Below are positions 41,011 to 53,143 of a stretch of DNA of 64,000 nt, in pieces. How positions within the stretch are numbered: the first letter of the stretch is position 1; each line of letters opens with the position of its first letter. The DNA lies in NCBI GenBank assembly GCA_963779755.1, contig CAVZZO010000003.1, forward strand, positions 352,001 to 416,000. Reading direction: 5' to 3'. Origin of the DNA: an uncultured Gemmatimonadales bacterium. Lineage in GTDB: Bacteria; Gemmatimonadota; Gemmatimonadetes; Gemmatimonadales; GWC2-71-9. The notes beneath the pieces were generated by a model that was given only the letters and a program-made list of their open reading frames with translations, was not told where the DNA came from and ran no database searches. A program made the translations under genes and the position numbers.

Positions 41011-43967
41011 AGCGGGCCGTTCCACGTTGGCAATTGGCTACAATGCGAAGGGTCCTGCTGGCTAACGAAGTGCGCGTGTGCTGCAGCGCGATCCCTCAGG
41101 TTTTCACAAACCTACGCTTCCACAGCCGCGCCGCTAGGTGGCCCGAGCGTGGGTCTACAGCCCGCGCGACCGGCCTGCAGAACGACGCGCTTGTTAGCTG
41201 CCGGCCGAGAGGACGCTACCTCTTCCGGCTGGGGACCCACGCTCGGAGGCACGGCCGCCGGCCGGAAGCCCTAGCGGGGCGGAGGAAGATCGGATGCCTC
41301 CGAACCAGCTTGGGGCCTTCCGTGCCCCGAACGCCTCGCGGCCAGGAGTCTTGGGCGGCCCGGCGGAGTGTTCCATGCGACCCGCGCAAGGAGGCCGGTG
41401 CCGCCTCACGACGATCAAGCAGTTCAGGAAGCCCGGCGGCACCATCAGGAGCCCACCAAGAGATCAGCAACGGACAGCTTGGCTGGCTCGTGCAGCTAAC
41501 GAAGTGCGCGTGTGCTGCAGCGCGGTCCTTCAGGATTTCACAAACCTACGCTTCCACAGCCGCGCCGCCAGGAGGCCGGAGTGTGGGCCAGGGGCCTGCG
41601 CGACTGGCCTGCAGCACGACGCGCTTGTTATATGGCGAAACGCTCTCGGCCTCAACCGGAACCGGGGCCAAATGCCTGGGCCGCCTCACGGAGACCGGGG
41701 CGCCGGCACCTGTTGGAACTTCTGCCGCGCTTTGATGCATGGCGGCCCGAACAGCGCCCTCAAGGAACTTGGGCGGCCACCACCAGATGCTGTTGTACAT
41801 CAAAAGAGAACGAGCAGTCCAGCCCGTTCGACCATATAACGAAGTGCGCGTGTGCTGCAGCGCGATCCTTCAGGATGTCACAAACCTACTCTTCCTTAGC
41901 CGCGCCGCCAGGAGGCTCGGTCGATGCCAGGCAGCCAGCGCGCCCGGCCTGCAGAACGACGCGCTTGTTAGCAACCAGCTGCGCACGGCGGCCTAGGCTA
42001 GCCCGGAGCCCGCGCCCCGAAGCCCTGGCCGCCCGCTGGGAACGGTGCGGCGCGGGGACGGCCCGGTGGCGTGGAACTCTCACGGCACCTGCCCTGCCCC
42101 GACCGCGCCGGGCTCCAGGAGCCCTGGGCGGCGGATTCGTTTGAGCCTTTTTGCACGGAGGGCGGGGCCGCCCGCAAGGAGCTGCTCTCGGGTTCCTGAA
42201 CTCCGCGGCCCTCATGGGGCCCACCAAAGAGACCCGCTGCGGTGCCTCGCTTGTGTTGCTAACGAAGTGCGCGTGTGCTGCAGCGCGATCCCTCAGGATT
42301 CCACAAACCTACGTTTCCTTAGCCGCGCCGCTTGGAGGCCTCAGGAAGGGCCGGCGGCCCGCGCGACCGGCCTGCAGAACGACGCGCTTGTTATGTGGCA
42401 ACCACGCGGGCCGACGCTCCACACCGCGCGGCGATCTCTTCGGCCGCCTCGCGGAGCCCAGGGCGACTCCCAGGCCCGCATCCCGGCCGCGTCAGAGCAC
42501 GAGGGCGCCGGCGCGATGATCACACCCGAAAGTGCTTGGGACGTAGCCCTGCCGGCGCCCATACGGGGCCGCGGCGGCACCACTGGATCGGAGCCCGCGA
42601 GGAATCCGGGCGGCCAGCGCCGACGATAACAAAGCACGAGGAACCAGGAGCCGGCAGCTTCCTCAACAGAAAAGGAACCAGGAACAGTCCGGCGTCCTTG
42701 CCACATAACGAAGTGCGTTTCAGCGGCGGCGCGATGCCCCACTCCCTCACAATCCTACGCTTCCACAGCGCGACCGCTAGACCGCCGGGAGATCCCCAAG
42801 CGGCGGCAGCACCGGCCCGCTCGCTGGAAACGCTAGTCAGCCGCAACGCGCTCTCCGCCACGTGCGGAGCGGAGCCAAGATCCCTGGGCCGCCTCACGGA
42901 GATCGGGGCGCGGCACCGGTTAGAACTTCTGACGCGCTTTGATGTGCTGCGGCCGGAAAAGAGCCCTCACGGAGCTACGGCGGCCACCGCCAGATGCTTA
43001 TCACGAACGGAAGCGAATCATAGGAACAGTCCTCGGCTTGCTTGCGGTGTAACGAAGTGCGCGTGTGCTGCAGCGCGAACCCTCAGGTTTTCACAAACCT
43101 ACGCTTCCATAGCCGCGCCGCTAGGAGGCTTCGGGTCGATGCCAGGCAGCCCGCGCGACCGGCCTGCAGAACGACGCGCTTGTTCAGAGACCGGCTGCGC
43201 ACGGCGGCCTGAGCTAGATCGGAGCCCGCGCCCCGAAGCATTGGCCGCCCGCTGGGAACGGTGCGGCGCGGGGACGGCCCGGTGGCGTGGAAAACGCCGG
43301 GCACCTGCCCTGCCCCGACCGCGCCGGGCTCCAGGAGCCCTGGGCGGCGGAATCGCTTTGAGCCTTTTTCCACGGGGGGCTGGGCCGCTCGCAAGGAGCT
43401 GCTCTCGGATTCCTGAAATCGGCGGCCCGCCTGGGGCCGCCTCAAAGAAGACCCGCAGCCGTGCCTGGCTTGTGTTGCTAACGAAGTGCGTTTGAGCGGC
43501 GGCGCGATGCCTCAGGCCCTCACAAACCTACGTTTCCACAGCCGCGACCGCTAGGAGGGCCGGGAGATGCCCCAAGCGGCCGGCAGCGGCCGGCCCGCTA
43601 GCTGGAAACGCTAGTTACAGCTGCAACGCGCTCTCCGCCACGTGCGGAGCGGAGCCAAGATCCCTGGGCCGCCTCACGGAGATCGGGGCGCCGGCACCGG
43701 TTAGAACTTCTGATGCGCTTTGATGTGCGGCGGCCGGAAAAGCGCCCTCGCTGGAGCTCCGGCGGCCACCACCAGATGCTTTTCACAACAGAAGAGAAAG
43801 GAACAGTCCGGCTTGCTTGCGGTGTAACGAAGTGCGTTTCAGCGGCGGCGCGATGCCCCGCTCCCTCACAATCCTACGCTTCCGCAGCGCGACCGCTAGA
43901 TGCCCGGGGATGCACGATCAGAGAGCAGCCCCGGGCTCGTCCGCTGGAAACGCTAGTTAGACAGCGG

Positions 43968-44455
43968 CTAAATCCAATGGGGACGAGCAATGACTTCGGG
44001 CCCCCTCGGTGCCGTGTTCTCGTGGTCCTTGCCGGTGCGAAATGACTGAAAGTCCCGCAACTCACGCCGCTCATTCTCCTGTAGCTGGACGAGTTCTCTT
44101 ACTCGCCAGAAGATGGCCCATCCTGCGGCCGTATCACCGTTAGCGGCAAACCTCGCCGTTGATGGAGGTCGATGACCAAGCTTCTCATCCTGTCTCTTCT
44201 CGAGGGCATCCTCAGTCGAGCCCATATATTTGCCCTGCCAAGCAACGACATAGCCCCATTCTGCGAGATCCTCATTATGAGAAGCATAGAGAAGTAACAG
44301 GTACGTCCTGATCTCTTCTTCTGCTCATCGACATCCCGGAACAGCTCGTACTTTTGTGACCCGAAGGACACATACCCGGTCAAGGATGCGATTCCTGGCG
44401 CGTCCTCAAGGTGGATGCGGGGTACCGGAGCCAGGATGGCAAAATCCACTGCCAT
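43968..44455 (-). pseudogene. Hypothetical protein MAVDFAILAPVP..., frameshifted
   Basis: GGAGAGG RBS; ORF continues in another frame (43968-44225). Confidence 0.6.
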
Positions 44456-44647
44456 GACCTCTCCTTCTTGGCTTCTGAAAGAACGTGATCCCACACCGCT
44501 GGCTAACGAAGTGCGTTTCAGCGGCGGCGCGATGCCCCGCTCCCTCACAATCCTACGCTTCCACAGCGCGGCCGCTAGATGTTTGGAGTTGCGCCAGGCG
44601 GCAGCAGCCCCGGCCCGTCCGCTGGAAACGCTAGTTACGCAGCAGCC

Positions 44648-45068
44648 TGAAGGTCGTTCGGAGTGAGCCCGGTATGCTTCGAGATTCGGGCGAGCATTCT
44701 CTCGTTCGATGCCATTTCCTCTTGGTCAGTGGAAGGCAAAGACGAAGTCAGGCCAGCCTGCCCGACTCAACGTCCGGTGGGAGCCGGATTCGCGCTTGAC
44801 AGACCAGCCGATCCGGAGAAGAGCCGCCAAGACCCGTCGGGCCTTCGGCAGCTCCCCAGCTACTCATGCGGCCTGAAAGCTAAGGTTCAGGAGTTCGGGG
44901 ACAGCCTCGCCATGCTCCAAGCGTTCGGCCAAGGAACGCAAGGCCAGGGCTTGGACCTCGCACGGCGTCAGGCCGCGTGACCCCGTAGGCCATCACGCCC
45001 GGGAGGTCCTGGACCTCCGCAAGCCAACGGCCATCAGTCTCCTGTTCGACCTCGATACGGAGAATCAC
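44648..45068 (-). pseudogene. Second copy of the hicBA cassette, with indels
   Basis: Matches 26325-26740. Confidence 0.8.
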
Positions 45069-45259
45069 GGCGTTCCTCCAAGGCTAGTTTGCTTGGCCCA
45101 AATCTAACTGGGAAGCGGCCTTGCTGCGTAACGAAGTGCGTTTCAGCGGCGGCGCGATGCCCCGCCCTTTCACAATCCTACGCTTCCTTACCGCGACCGC
45201 TAGATCCCCGGGAAATGCGCCAGCAGGCTGCAGCCCCGGCCCGCCCGCTGGAAACGCTA

Positions 45260-45596
45260 GTTAAATGGCAGCCGTCCACGAGAGGTGATCGATTCCGTTC
45301 CCCGATCTCCCCAACGCACGACTCCCCGGCCTTTTACCCCGCTAGCGGAGGACTGTGGCTCCGAGCGCTTGGATTTTGGATCTGGGCAACCCAGCCTGGG
45401 AGCAGACGTCTCTACGCGCCCCCTGAGCCCGCTACGAGATCCGGGGCCCGCTGAGCGCCCGCCGGAATGCACTAATCCAGGATTCCACCTGCGCTCGTGC
45501 CAAAGGCCTCATTCCTGAGCCGCCCAGTTGGCCGGGCCTTCCTCCGAAAGGAGCACCTCCTGGATCAGCCAAGGACGGCCGGCACGTCCATTTAAC
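45260..45596 (-). other. ORF-less cassette family F (copy 51937-52266)
   Basis: Ends GTTAAATGG and CCATTTAAC; no credible ORF. Confidence 0.75.
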
Positions 45597-45742
45597 GAAG
45601 GGCGTTTCAGCAGCGGCGCGATGCCCCGCACCCTCAGCAATCCTACGCTTCCACAGCGCGAGCGCTAGATGCTTGGGAGACGCACCCAGTGGCGGCGGCA
45701 CCGGCCCGGCTGCTGCAAACACTGTTAGACAGCACTGCGCGA

Positions 45743-46164
45743 CTATCCGGTCTCAAAGGATATACCCGAGAAGTCGGGGGTCCGGTTGATCAGCGACTGG
45801 AAGCTCGCATCGCCCTCTACCACCGAAGCCCAGTCCTCATTGGCCGGGAAATCCATCGACGAGTGGTCCACTTCCACTATTCCTGGCGCAGGTCCAAAGC
45901 CCAACTCCACTACGAGGCGACCAATGAGCGCGTCCTGGGCCTGCGGAGCTTCGCTTTCGCGATCAGAGAATTGCCGGACTATAAGCAATGTCGCGTAGCC
46001 CTCATCTTCTTGGATCTGAACCGAAGCGAAGGTAGCAATCTGAGACTTCCCGCCGGAGTGCACCAGAACACGCGCCAGGTCGGCCACGGATCTAAGTGCG
46101 CCGGATTGAGGCCGTGGCGTTCAAGAGCTAACAGGAACTCAGGCCTAGCCCGAAATGCTTCCAT
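45743..46164 (-). pseudogene. Hypothetical protein, apparently frameshifted (cassette)
   Basis: Overlapping minus-strand ORFs 45979-46164 and 45743-46087 together fill the cassette. Confidence 0.45.
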
Positions 46165-49100
46165 TGGTGCTGGCTAAACGAAGTGCGCGTGCGCTGCAGC
46201 GCGAACCCTCAGGTTTTCACAAACCTACGCTTCCACAGCCGCGCCGCTAGGAGGCTGTCGGGTGGGTCGGCGGCCCGCGCGACCGGCCTGCAGAACGACG
46301 CGCTTGTTAGCAACCGGCTGCGATGACGCCGCCTGAGCCACATCGGAGCCCCGCCCGGAGCATTGGCCGCCCGAGCGGAACCTCGCGGCGCGGCGGCCTA
46401 GCCGGTGGTCGGGACAACGCCCGGGACCTACCCGCCCCGACCGCGCCGATCTCCAGGAGAGCTGGGCGGCGGAACCGCACCTCAGCGATTCCACGGCGCC
46501 TGGGTGCTGGGCCGTCTTGCGGTGCTCCGAAATCTCCTGGAAATCAGGCGGCCCGCCAGGAGCCGCCTCAAAGAAAGCACCCGGACAGCCCTGGCTGGCT
46601 CGTGTTGCTAACGAAGTGCGTTTCAGCGGCGGCGCGATGCCCCAGCCCTTTCACAATCTACGCTTCCACAGCGCGACCGCTAGATGCCGGGGCGAGGCAC
46701 CAAAAGGCAGCAGCCTCGGCCCGTCCGCTGGAAACGCTAGTTACAAGGCAGCGCGCTCGCGAGCGGGACCGAACCAAGATCGCTGGGCCGCCGCAAGGAG
46801 CGTTGGGCGCCGGCACCCGCCCGAACCTTCCCGATGCGCTTTGATGCCGGGCGGCCCTAACAGCGCCCTCACGGAGCTTTGGTTGGCCACCACCAGATGC
46901 TTCTCACAACGGCAAAGAATCAAGAACAGTCCGGCTTGCCTGCCGTGTAGCGAAGTGCGCCTCAGCTGCGGCGAAGAACCTGACTTCCTTCACAAACCTA
47001 CGTTTCCGCAGCGCGGCCGCTAGATCAGCGGGAGATGCGCCAAGCGGTCTCGCACCGGCCCGTCAGATGGAGGCGCTAGTTAGGCCGTGGCTCCGCGCGT
47101 TAATAGCCTTTCGGTTGCCATGCCGATGATCGTATCACGATTCGTGCAGGCTTCACACCGTCGCCCGACACCATAACGGTAAGGAAAACCACCCTGCTTT
47201 TCGAAGAGATCGTTATAGCGATACGGCAGTCCTTGTACATGGGGAATGAACGTGACTGTCTAGTCCTGAAGGATATCAAGTAGAGGAAATACCGCACCCC
47301 TCGAGCGAGATCCTGGGGTCGGTAGGCTCAGAACCGCTGACAGAAACCCCGTTAGGATACTTCACTATACTGGGACCTAACGGCATGCCCGGCATCGTCG
47401 AGATCTGAAAGTTGGTAAGGTAGGCCCGGCACGCCTTAGCTAGACGGAAGGACTTAGAGCTCTGACCTTGACTCGGAGATAGATCCCTGCCGCTGGAAGG
47501 CCCGTGGTTCTCCGGGTCAGTGTGATGAGACTTTCACATTCCCGGAATGTCAGGTTGAGCTATGAGCGCAACCACCATAGCCAGCACCTGGCTCGGCACG
47601 CAAAGCAATGAGGAAGCTGCAGAGGACGACAAGAAATGTCGGGAGAAGCTGGGCGAACGAAGCTGCTTGCTTAGGAGCGATCACGGTCTCGGATGATCTT
47701 GGCCTCTCCCACGGCCTAACGGTCTGCGTTTCAGCGGCGGCGCGAGGCCCCGCTCTCTCATAATCCTACGCTTCCTTAGCGCGATCGCTAGATGCCTGGG
47801 CAAGGCACCGGCGGGCTGCAGCACCGTGCCCGCCCGCTGAAACGCTTGTTAGCTGCCGGCCGCAATGCCATTCTCGGCTGCGATGACGCTGCCACAGGTG
47901 CGGAGCCCCCAGCCGGGAGACCCGGCCGCCCGCTCGGAGCTCGGCGGGGCGGCAGACGCTGGACGCTAGTCCACCGGGAACGACGCTGACCTTGCCCCGA
48001 CCGCCCCGCGGGGAGGGGCCTCGGGCGGCATGGCGGAGCCTGCTAGACGACCCGCGCAAGCAGGCCGGTGCCGCCTCACCAGCGCCAACCAGCTGAGGAG
48101 CTCCGGCGGCACCACGAGGAGCCCACCAAGAGATCAGCACTGGGCGGCCCGGCTGGCGCGTGCAGCTAACGAAGTGCGCGTGTGCTGCAGCGCGATCCCT
48201 CAGGTTCTCACAAACCTACGCTTCCATAGCGCGCCGCCAGAAGGCCGCATGGCACCAACTGGCCGCAGCACCGGCCTGCAGAACGACGCGCTCGTTAGGC
48301 CGCAACGCGGGCACGGCCCGGAAACTCGACCTGCGAGTCTAGAGCTCCACGAATACCCGCGTGGCGGAATACATCAATGCTGCCGCCTCGCCGCATTGGC
48401 TTGAGAACTGGTCCACCCTACTGCCGAAACCCAGCTTCTCATAGAATTGACGGCTGTTGACCATTTCGGAAAATGCTATGAGGAGATCTCGAAGCTGGCG
48501 GACGCTGGACCATCGAACTGGCTAACCTGAGGGAACCACCCATCTGAGGCATGTCGCAAGCGCGCGCGGCAATGTAGTAGAAGCATCTGTGTGAAGCTGC
48601 ACTTCGAACCTTGCCTCATTCGAGCAGGCGTCGAGCGTCCTAACTCCTACCATTGCACCTCGCCTCTGGAAGTCCAGGCCACGGCTCGTCGAAACAGCGA
48701 ATCAGCTGTTCAGGCGCTCATCGACCTCCTCTCCGAGATCTCGCTGACCCTTCCCGAGAGCCAGAAAAGTCGCATACCTGGACGTGCATGCTCAGCTTGC
48801 GGATCGCAGACCCAAGGTAGTCATAAAGCTCCATCTGGTTCCGTGGGTATAGTGGCGCCTAACGAAGTGCGTTTCAGCGGCGGCGCGATGCCCCAGCCCT
48901 TACACAATCCTACGCTTCCACAGCGCGACCGCTAGATCCGGGGCTAGGCACCAAAAGGCAGCAGCCTCGGCCCGTCCGCTGGAAACGCTAGTTACAAGGC
49001 AGCGCGCTCTCGCCCGCGAGCGGGACCGAACAAAGATCGCTGGGCCGCCGCAAGGAGCGTTGGGCGCCGGCACCCGCCCGAACCTTCCCCATGCGCTTTG

Positions 49101-50231
49101 ATGCCGGGCGGCCCGAACAGCGCCCTCACGGAGCTTGGGCGGCCACCACCAGATGCTTCTCATAACGGCAAAGAATCAAGAACAGTCCGGCTTGCCTGCG
49201 GTGTAACGAAGTGCGCGTGTGCTGCAGCGCGATCCCTCAGGTTTTCACAAACCTACGCTTCCACAGCCGCGCCGCTAGGTGGCCCGAGCGTGGGTCTACA
49301 GCCCGCGCGACCGGCCTGCAGAACGACGCGCTTGTTAGCTGCCGGCCGAGAGGACGCTACCTCTTCCGGCTGGGGACCCACGCTCGGAGGCACGGCCGCC
49401 GGCCGGAAGCCCTGGCGGGGCGGAGGAAGATCGGATGCCTCCAACCAGCTTGGGGCCTTCCGTGCCCCGAACGCCCCGCGCCAGGAGTCTTGGGCGGCCC
49501 GGCGGAGTGTTCCATGCGACCCGCGCAAGGAGGCGGTGCCGCCTCACGACATCAAGCAGTTCAGGAAGCCCGGCGGCACCATCAGGAGCCCACCAAGAGA
49601 TCAGCAACGGACAGCTTGGCTGGCTCGTGCAGCTAACGGTCTGCGTTTCAGCGGCGGCGCGATGCCCCGCTCCCTCATAATCCTACGCTTCCTTACCGCG
49701 ACCGCTAGATGTCCGAGCAATGCACCAGCGGCCTGCAGCACCGTGCCCGGCCGCTGCAAACGCTTGTTAGCTGCCGGCCGCAATGACATTCTCGGTTGCG
49801 ATGACGCTGCCGGCAGGTGCGGAGTCCCCACCCCGGGAGGCCCGGCCGCCCCCTCGGAGCTCCGGCGGGGCGGAAGATCGCTGGACGCTTGTCCACCGGG
49901 AACGACGCTGACCCTGCCCCGACCGCCCCGCGGGGAGGGGCCCCGGGCGGCATGGCGGAGCCTGCCAGACGACCCGCGCAAGGAGGCCGGTGCCGCCTCA
50001 CCTCCGCCAACCAGCTGAGGAACTCCGGCGGCACCACCAGGAGCCCACCAAAAGATCAGCACTGGGAGGCCCGGCTGGCGCGTGCAGCTAACGAAGTGCG
50101 CGTGTGCTGCAGCGCGATCCCGACTTCCTTCACAAACCTACGTTTCCGCAGCGCGGCCGCTAGATCCCTCGGAGATGCCCCACCCGGCGGCAGCACCGGC
50201 CTGCAGAACGACGCGCTTGTTACACAGCACC

Positions 50232-50501
50232 CTAGAGGTCTTGGATCAGCCGCTCGTACTCGTCGTGGGAGCCAATCCAAAACCAAAGAATGAGCTCGCC
50301 CTCGCGCACGCCAAGAGCGCGATACCCCAGACTGACCCGGGCGGAGTAGATCGGCTGTGTGGCGTGGACTGGCTTGAAATGCAGGCTTGGGTGCTGCGGG
50401 TCGTCACGGAATTGCTGATAGGCCTTGCGGGCTCGCTCCTGCACATGGACCGGTAAGGCCCCGAACGCCTTCCGGAACCGGGCCGTGGTCCTGGAGATCA
50501 A
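50232..50501 (-). CDS. RelE/ParE-like toxin, copy 2
   Basis: Identical to 26944-27213. Confidence 0.85.
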   Translation of the reverse strand: MISRTTARFRKAFGALPVHVQERARKAYQQFRDDPQHPSLHFKPVHATQPIYSARVSLGYRALGVREGELILWFWIGSHDEYERLIQDL

Positions 50502-50716
50502 AGCCGGTCGGGATCTAGAGCCTCTGATCGGCCGGCCCGATGCTCCTCCAGGGCCTCCTGGGCCAGCCTCTGCAGCTGATCTCCAGAGGCACCCAAGAGG
50601 GCTTCCCACCGCGCATCGGCGGCCAATTCTTCCAGGATCGCGGCGGCAAGCTCGTCCTGGTCCTTGGGGGGGAGCCGGGAGGCCACTTCAAAGGCCTTCT
50701 TCAGGTTACGGGTCAT
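50498..50716 (-). CDS. Antitoxin, copy 2
   Basis: Identical to 27210-27428. Confidence 0.75.
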   Translation of the reverse strand: MTRNLKKAFEVASRLPPKDQDELAAAILEELAADARWEALLGASGDQLQRLAQEALEEHRAGRSEALDPDRL

Positions 50717-50901
50717 GCTGGATGATATGGCAAAGGAGAGCGGCGCGCTAGCCGCGCCTCAGTGCTGTGTAACGAAGTGCGTTTCAGCGGCGGCGCGATG
50801 CCCCGCTCCCTCACAATCCTACGCTTCCACAGCGCGACCGCTAGATGCCGGGGGGATGCACCATCAGGCAGCAGCCCCGGCCCGCTCGCTGGAAACGCTA
50901 G

Positions 50902-51105
50902 TTATACGGAACCGCGACGGACCTCTTCGAGCACATCGCGGGCTCGACCATAATCTTCCTCGGCGACTACCCATACGCTGAACGGGTTCCCGTGAATGCC
51001 GGACAGAGCCTCGCCGCGTACGACGGCCGGAATACCCGCAGCCTCAAGGGCCAGCTTCAGGCTGTATGCATCTGTCGCCACTGATGACCGGAGTAGTTCA
51101 CGCAT
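50902..51105 (-). CDS. DUF2007-like small protein (cassette)
   Basis: LKLALEAAGIPAVVRGE...VWVVAEEDYGRARDVL; stop in attC TAA. Confidence 0.7.
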   Translation of the reverse strand: MRELLRSSVATDAYSLKLALEAAGIPAVVRGEALSGIHGNPFSVWVVAEEDYGRARDVLEEVRRGSV

Positions 51106-52762
51106 CCGTATTGCCTGGGTGCCGTATAACGAAGTGCGCGTGTGCTGCAGCGCGGTCCTTCAGGATTTCACAAACCTACGCTTCCACAGCCGCGCCGCCA
51201 GGAGGCCGGAGTGTGGGCCGGGGCCTGCGCGACTGGCCTGCAGAACGACGCGCTTGTTATATGGCGAAACGCTCTCGGCCTCAACCGGAACCGGGGCCAA
51301 ATGCCTGGGCCGCCTCACGGAGACCGGGGCGCCGGCACCTGTTGGAACTTCTGCCGCGCTTTGATGCATGGCGGCCCGAACAGCGCCCTCAAGGAACTTG
51401 GGCGGCCACCACCAGATGCTGTTGTACATCAAAAGAGAACGAGCAGTCCAGCCCGTTCGACCATATAACGAAGTGCGCGTGTGCTGCAGCGCGGTCCTTC
51501 AGGATTTCACAAACCTACGCTTCCACAGCCGCGCCGCCAGGAGGCCGGAGTGTGGGCCAGGGGCCTGCGCGACTGGCCTGCAGAACGACGCGCTTGTTAT
51601 ATGGCGAAACGCTCTCGGCCTCAACCGGAACCGGGGCCAAATGCCTGGGCCGCCTCACGGAGACCGGGGCGCCGGCACCTGTTGGAACTTCTGCCGCGCT
51701 TTGATGCATGGCGGCCCGAACAGCGCCCTCAAGGAACTTGGGCGGCCACCACCAGATGCTGTTGTACATCAAAAGAGAACGAGCAGTCCAGCCCGTTCGA
51801 CCATATAACGAAGTGCGTTTCAGCGGCGGCGCGATGCCCCGCCCTTTCACAATCCTACGCTTCCTTACCGCGACCGCTAGATCCCCGGGAAATGCGCCAG
51901 CAGGCTGCAGCCCCGGCCCGCCCGCTGGAAACGCTAGTTAAATGGCAGCCGTCCACGAGAGGTGATCGATTCCGTTCCCCGATCTCCCCAACGCACGACT
52001 CCCCTACCCCGCTCGCGGAGGACTGTGGCTCCGAGCGCTTGGACTTCGGATCTGGGCAACCCAGCCTGGGAGCGACGTCTCTACGCGCCCCCTGAGCCCG
52101 CTACGAGATCCGGGGCCCGCTGAGCGCCCGCCGGAATGCACTAATGCAGGGGTTCTACCTGCGCTCGTGCCAAAGGCCGCATTCCTGAGCCGCCCAGTTG
52201 GCCGGGCCTTCCTCCGAAAGGAGCACCTACTGGATCAGCCAAGGACGGCCGGCACGTCCATTTAACGAAGTGCGTTTCAGCGGCGGCGCGATGCCCCGCT
52301 CCCTCACAATCCTACGCTTCCTTACCGCGACCGCTAGATGTCCGAGAAATGCACCAGCGGGCTGCAGCACCGTGCCCGCCCGCTGCAAACGCTTGTTAGC
52401 TGCCGGCCGCAATGACAATTTCGGGTGCGATGACGCTGCCGGTATGTGCGGAGCCCCCGCGCCGGGAGACTACGGGCCGCACGGCGCGCTGCAACCGGCA
52501 GAAGCCGGCGCCGTCGGCGGCCAGCTGACGCGCTAGGAGAAGGCAGCGACGCTCTCCGAACCCGCTCGGACTGCACCTTCCTTGCCATGGAGCCGCCCCG
52601 CGGAGAGAAACCTTGGGCGGCATCGCGGAGCCTTCCAGGCGACCCGCCGCAAGGAGGCCTGGTGCCGCCTCACCGCTACCAACGCAACTGCAGAGTTCCG
52701 GCGGCACCACCAGAGCGCTCTCACCAAGAGATCAGCACTGGAGCGGCCCGGCTGGCGCGTGC

Positions 52763-52800
52763 AGCTAACTATGAATTCGATTGCGCGCATGGGCAGGGGG
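52763..52800 (-). other. Putative attI site, crossover G/TT at 52769/52768
   Basis: The last cassette end GCAGCTAAC is followed by unique TATGAATTCG instead of the attC GAAGTGCG; full extent unknown. Confidence 0.75.
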
Positions 52801-52969
52801 TCGGCGCCTGAGATGTCTTTCTAACCAGGCAGGCTCTGCCGCAATCAAGCACCCATCGACGTAGCACTTAGGCCCTTGGTTGATCTTTGCTGTCGTTCCG
52901 GAAAAGCGCAAGAGGTGTCGATGTAGGAGGCCCGGAGTCTCTGTTACAGGTAACAGCGCCCTCCTCCTG

Positions 52970-53071
52970 GCGCTGTCCTCTGCACGACCCTCCCAGCGCC
53001 ATCCTCTGCACGACCCTCCCAGCGCTGTCCTCTGCACGACCCTCCCAGCGCCGTCCTCGGCGACCCTCCCA
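52970..53071. repeat. 26-bp tandem repeat, about 4 units
   Basis: GCGC(TG/CA)TCCTCTGCACGACCCTCCCA at 52970, 52996, 53022 and a shorter unit at 53048. Confidence 0.9.
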
Positions 53072-53143
53072 ACGCTGTCTTCGCACCGCGGTCCTCTTTT
53101 GCACTGCCCTCCTAGGTGTGCCCCATCCCCCCCCTCCCCGCCG

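Larger units (their letters stand above)
10043..52400 (-). repeat. Integron cassette array with about 62 attC sites (mostly ~130-140 bp)
   Basis: Recurrent plus-strand unit TAACGAAGTGCG...CGCT(A/T)GTTA. Approximate starts: 10046, 11110, 12090, 12792, 13499, 14040, 17291, 17740, 18641, 19447, 20220, 21019, 21722, 22317, 25468, 26182, 26801, 27482, 27822, 28372, 28794, 31964, 33764, 34196, 34817, 35367, 35782, 36237, 36687, 37236, 37950, 38404, 38954, 39373, 39796, 40141, 40591, 41063, 41497, 41837, 42260, 42706, 43050, 43479, 43825, 44504, 45129, 45593, 46175, 46609, 46948, 47717, 48167, 48860, 49204, 49634, 50089, 50770, 51127, 51466, 51806, 52263. Most cassette ORFs are on the minus strand, several stopping in the TAA of TAAC. 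Each attC variant travels with the cassette on its right, which fixes the minus orientation. Confidence 0.95.

Noticed and set aside
47079..48863. Genes in the lower-GC cassettes 47079-47720 and 48294-48863
   Set aside because: Probably coding cassettes, but only fragmentary ORFs are visible and no family can be recognised.
28922..52200. Programmed frameshifting or mass pseudogenisation
   Set aside because: Single-base indels are scattered through repeated copies and even attC sites, a pattern compatible with sequencing or polishing error; cannot be resolved without reads.
10043..52400. CRISPR array interpretation of the regular repeats
   Set aside because: Repeats are ~135 bp imperfect palindromes with AAC/GTT ends separated by gene-sized inserts, next to intI, with no cas genes; they are attC sites.
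27474..52811. Many ORF-track proteins containing NEVRVCCSA, TKCACAAAR or GIAPPLKRTSL
   Set aside because: These are translations of attC repeats in various frames, not genes.
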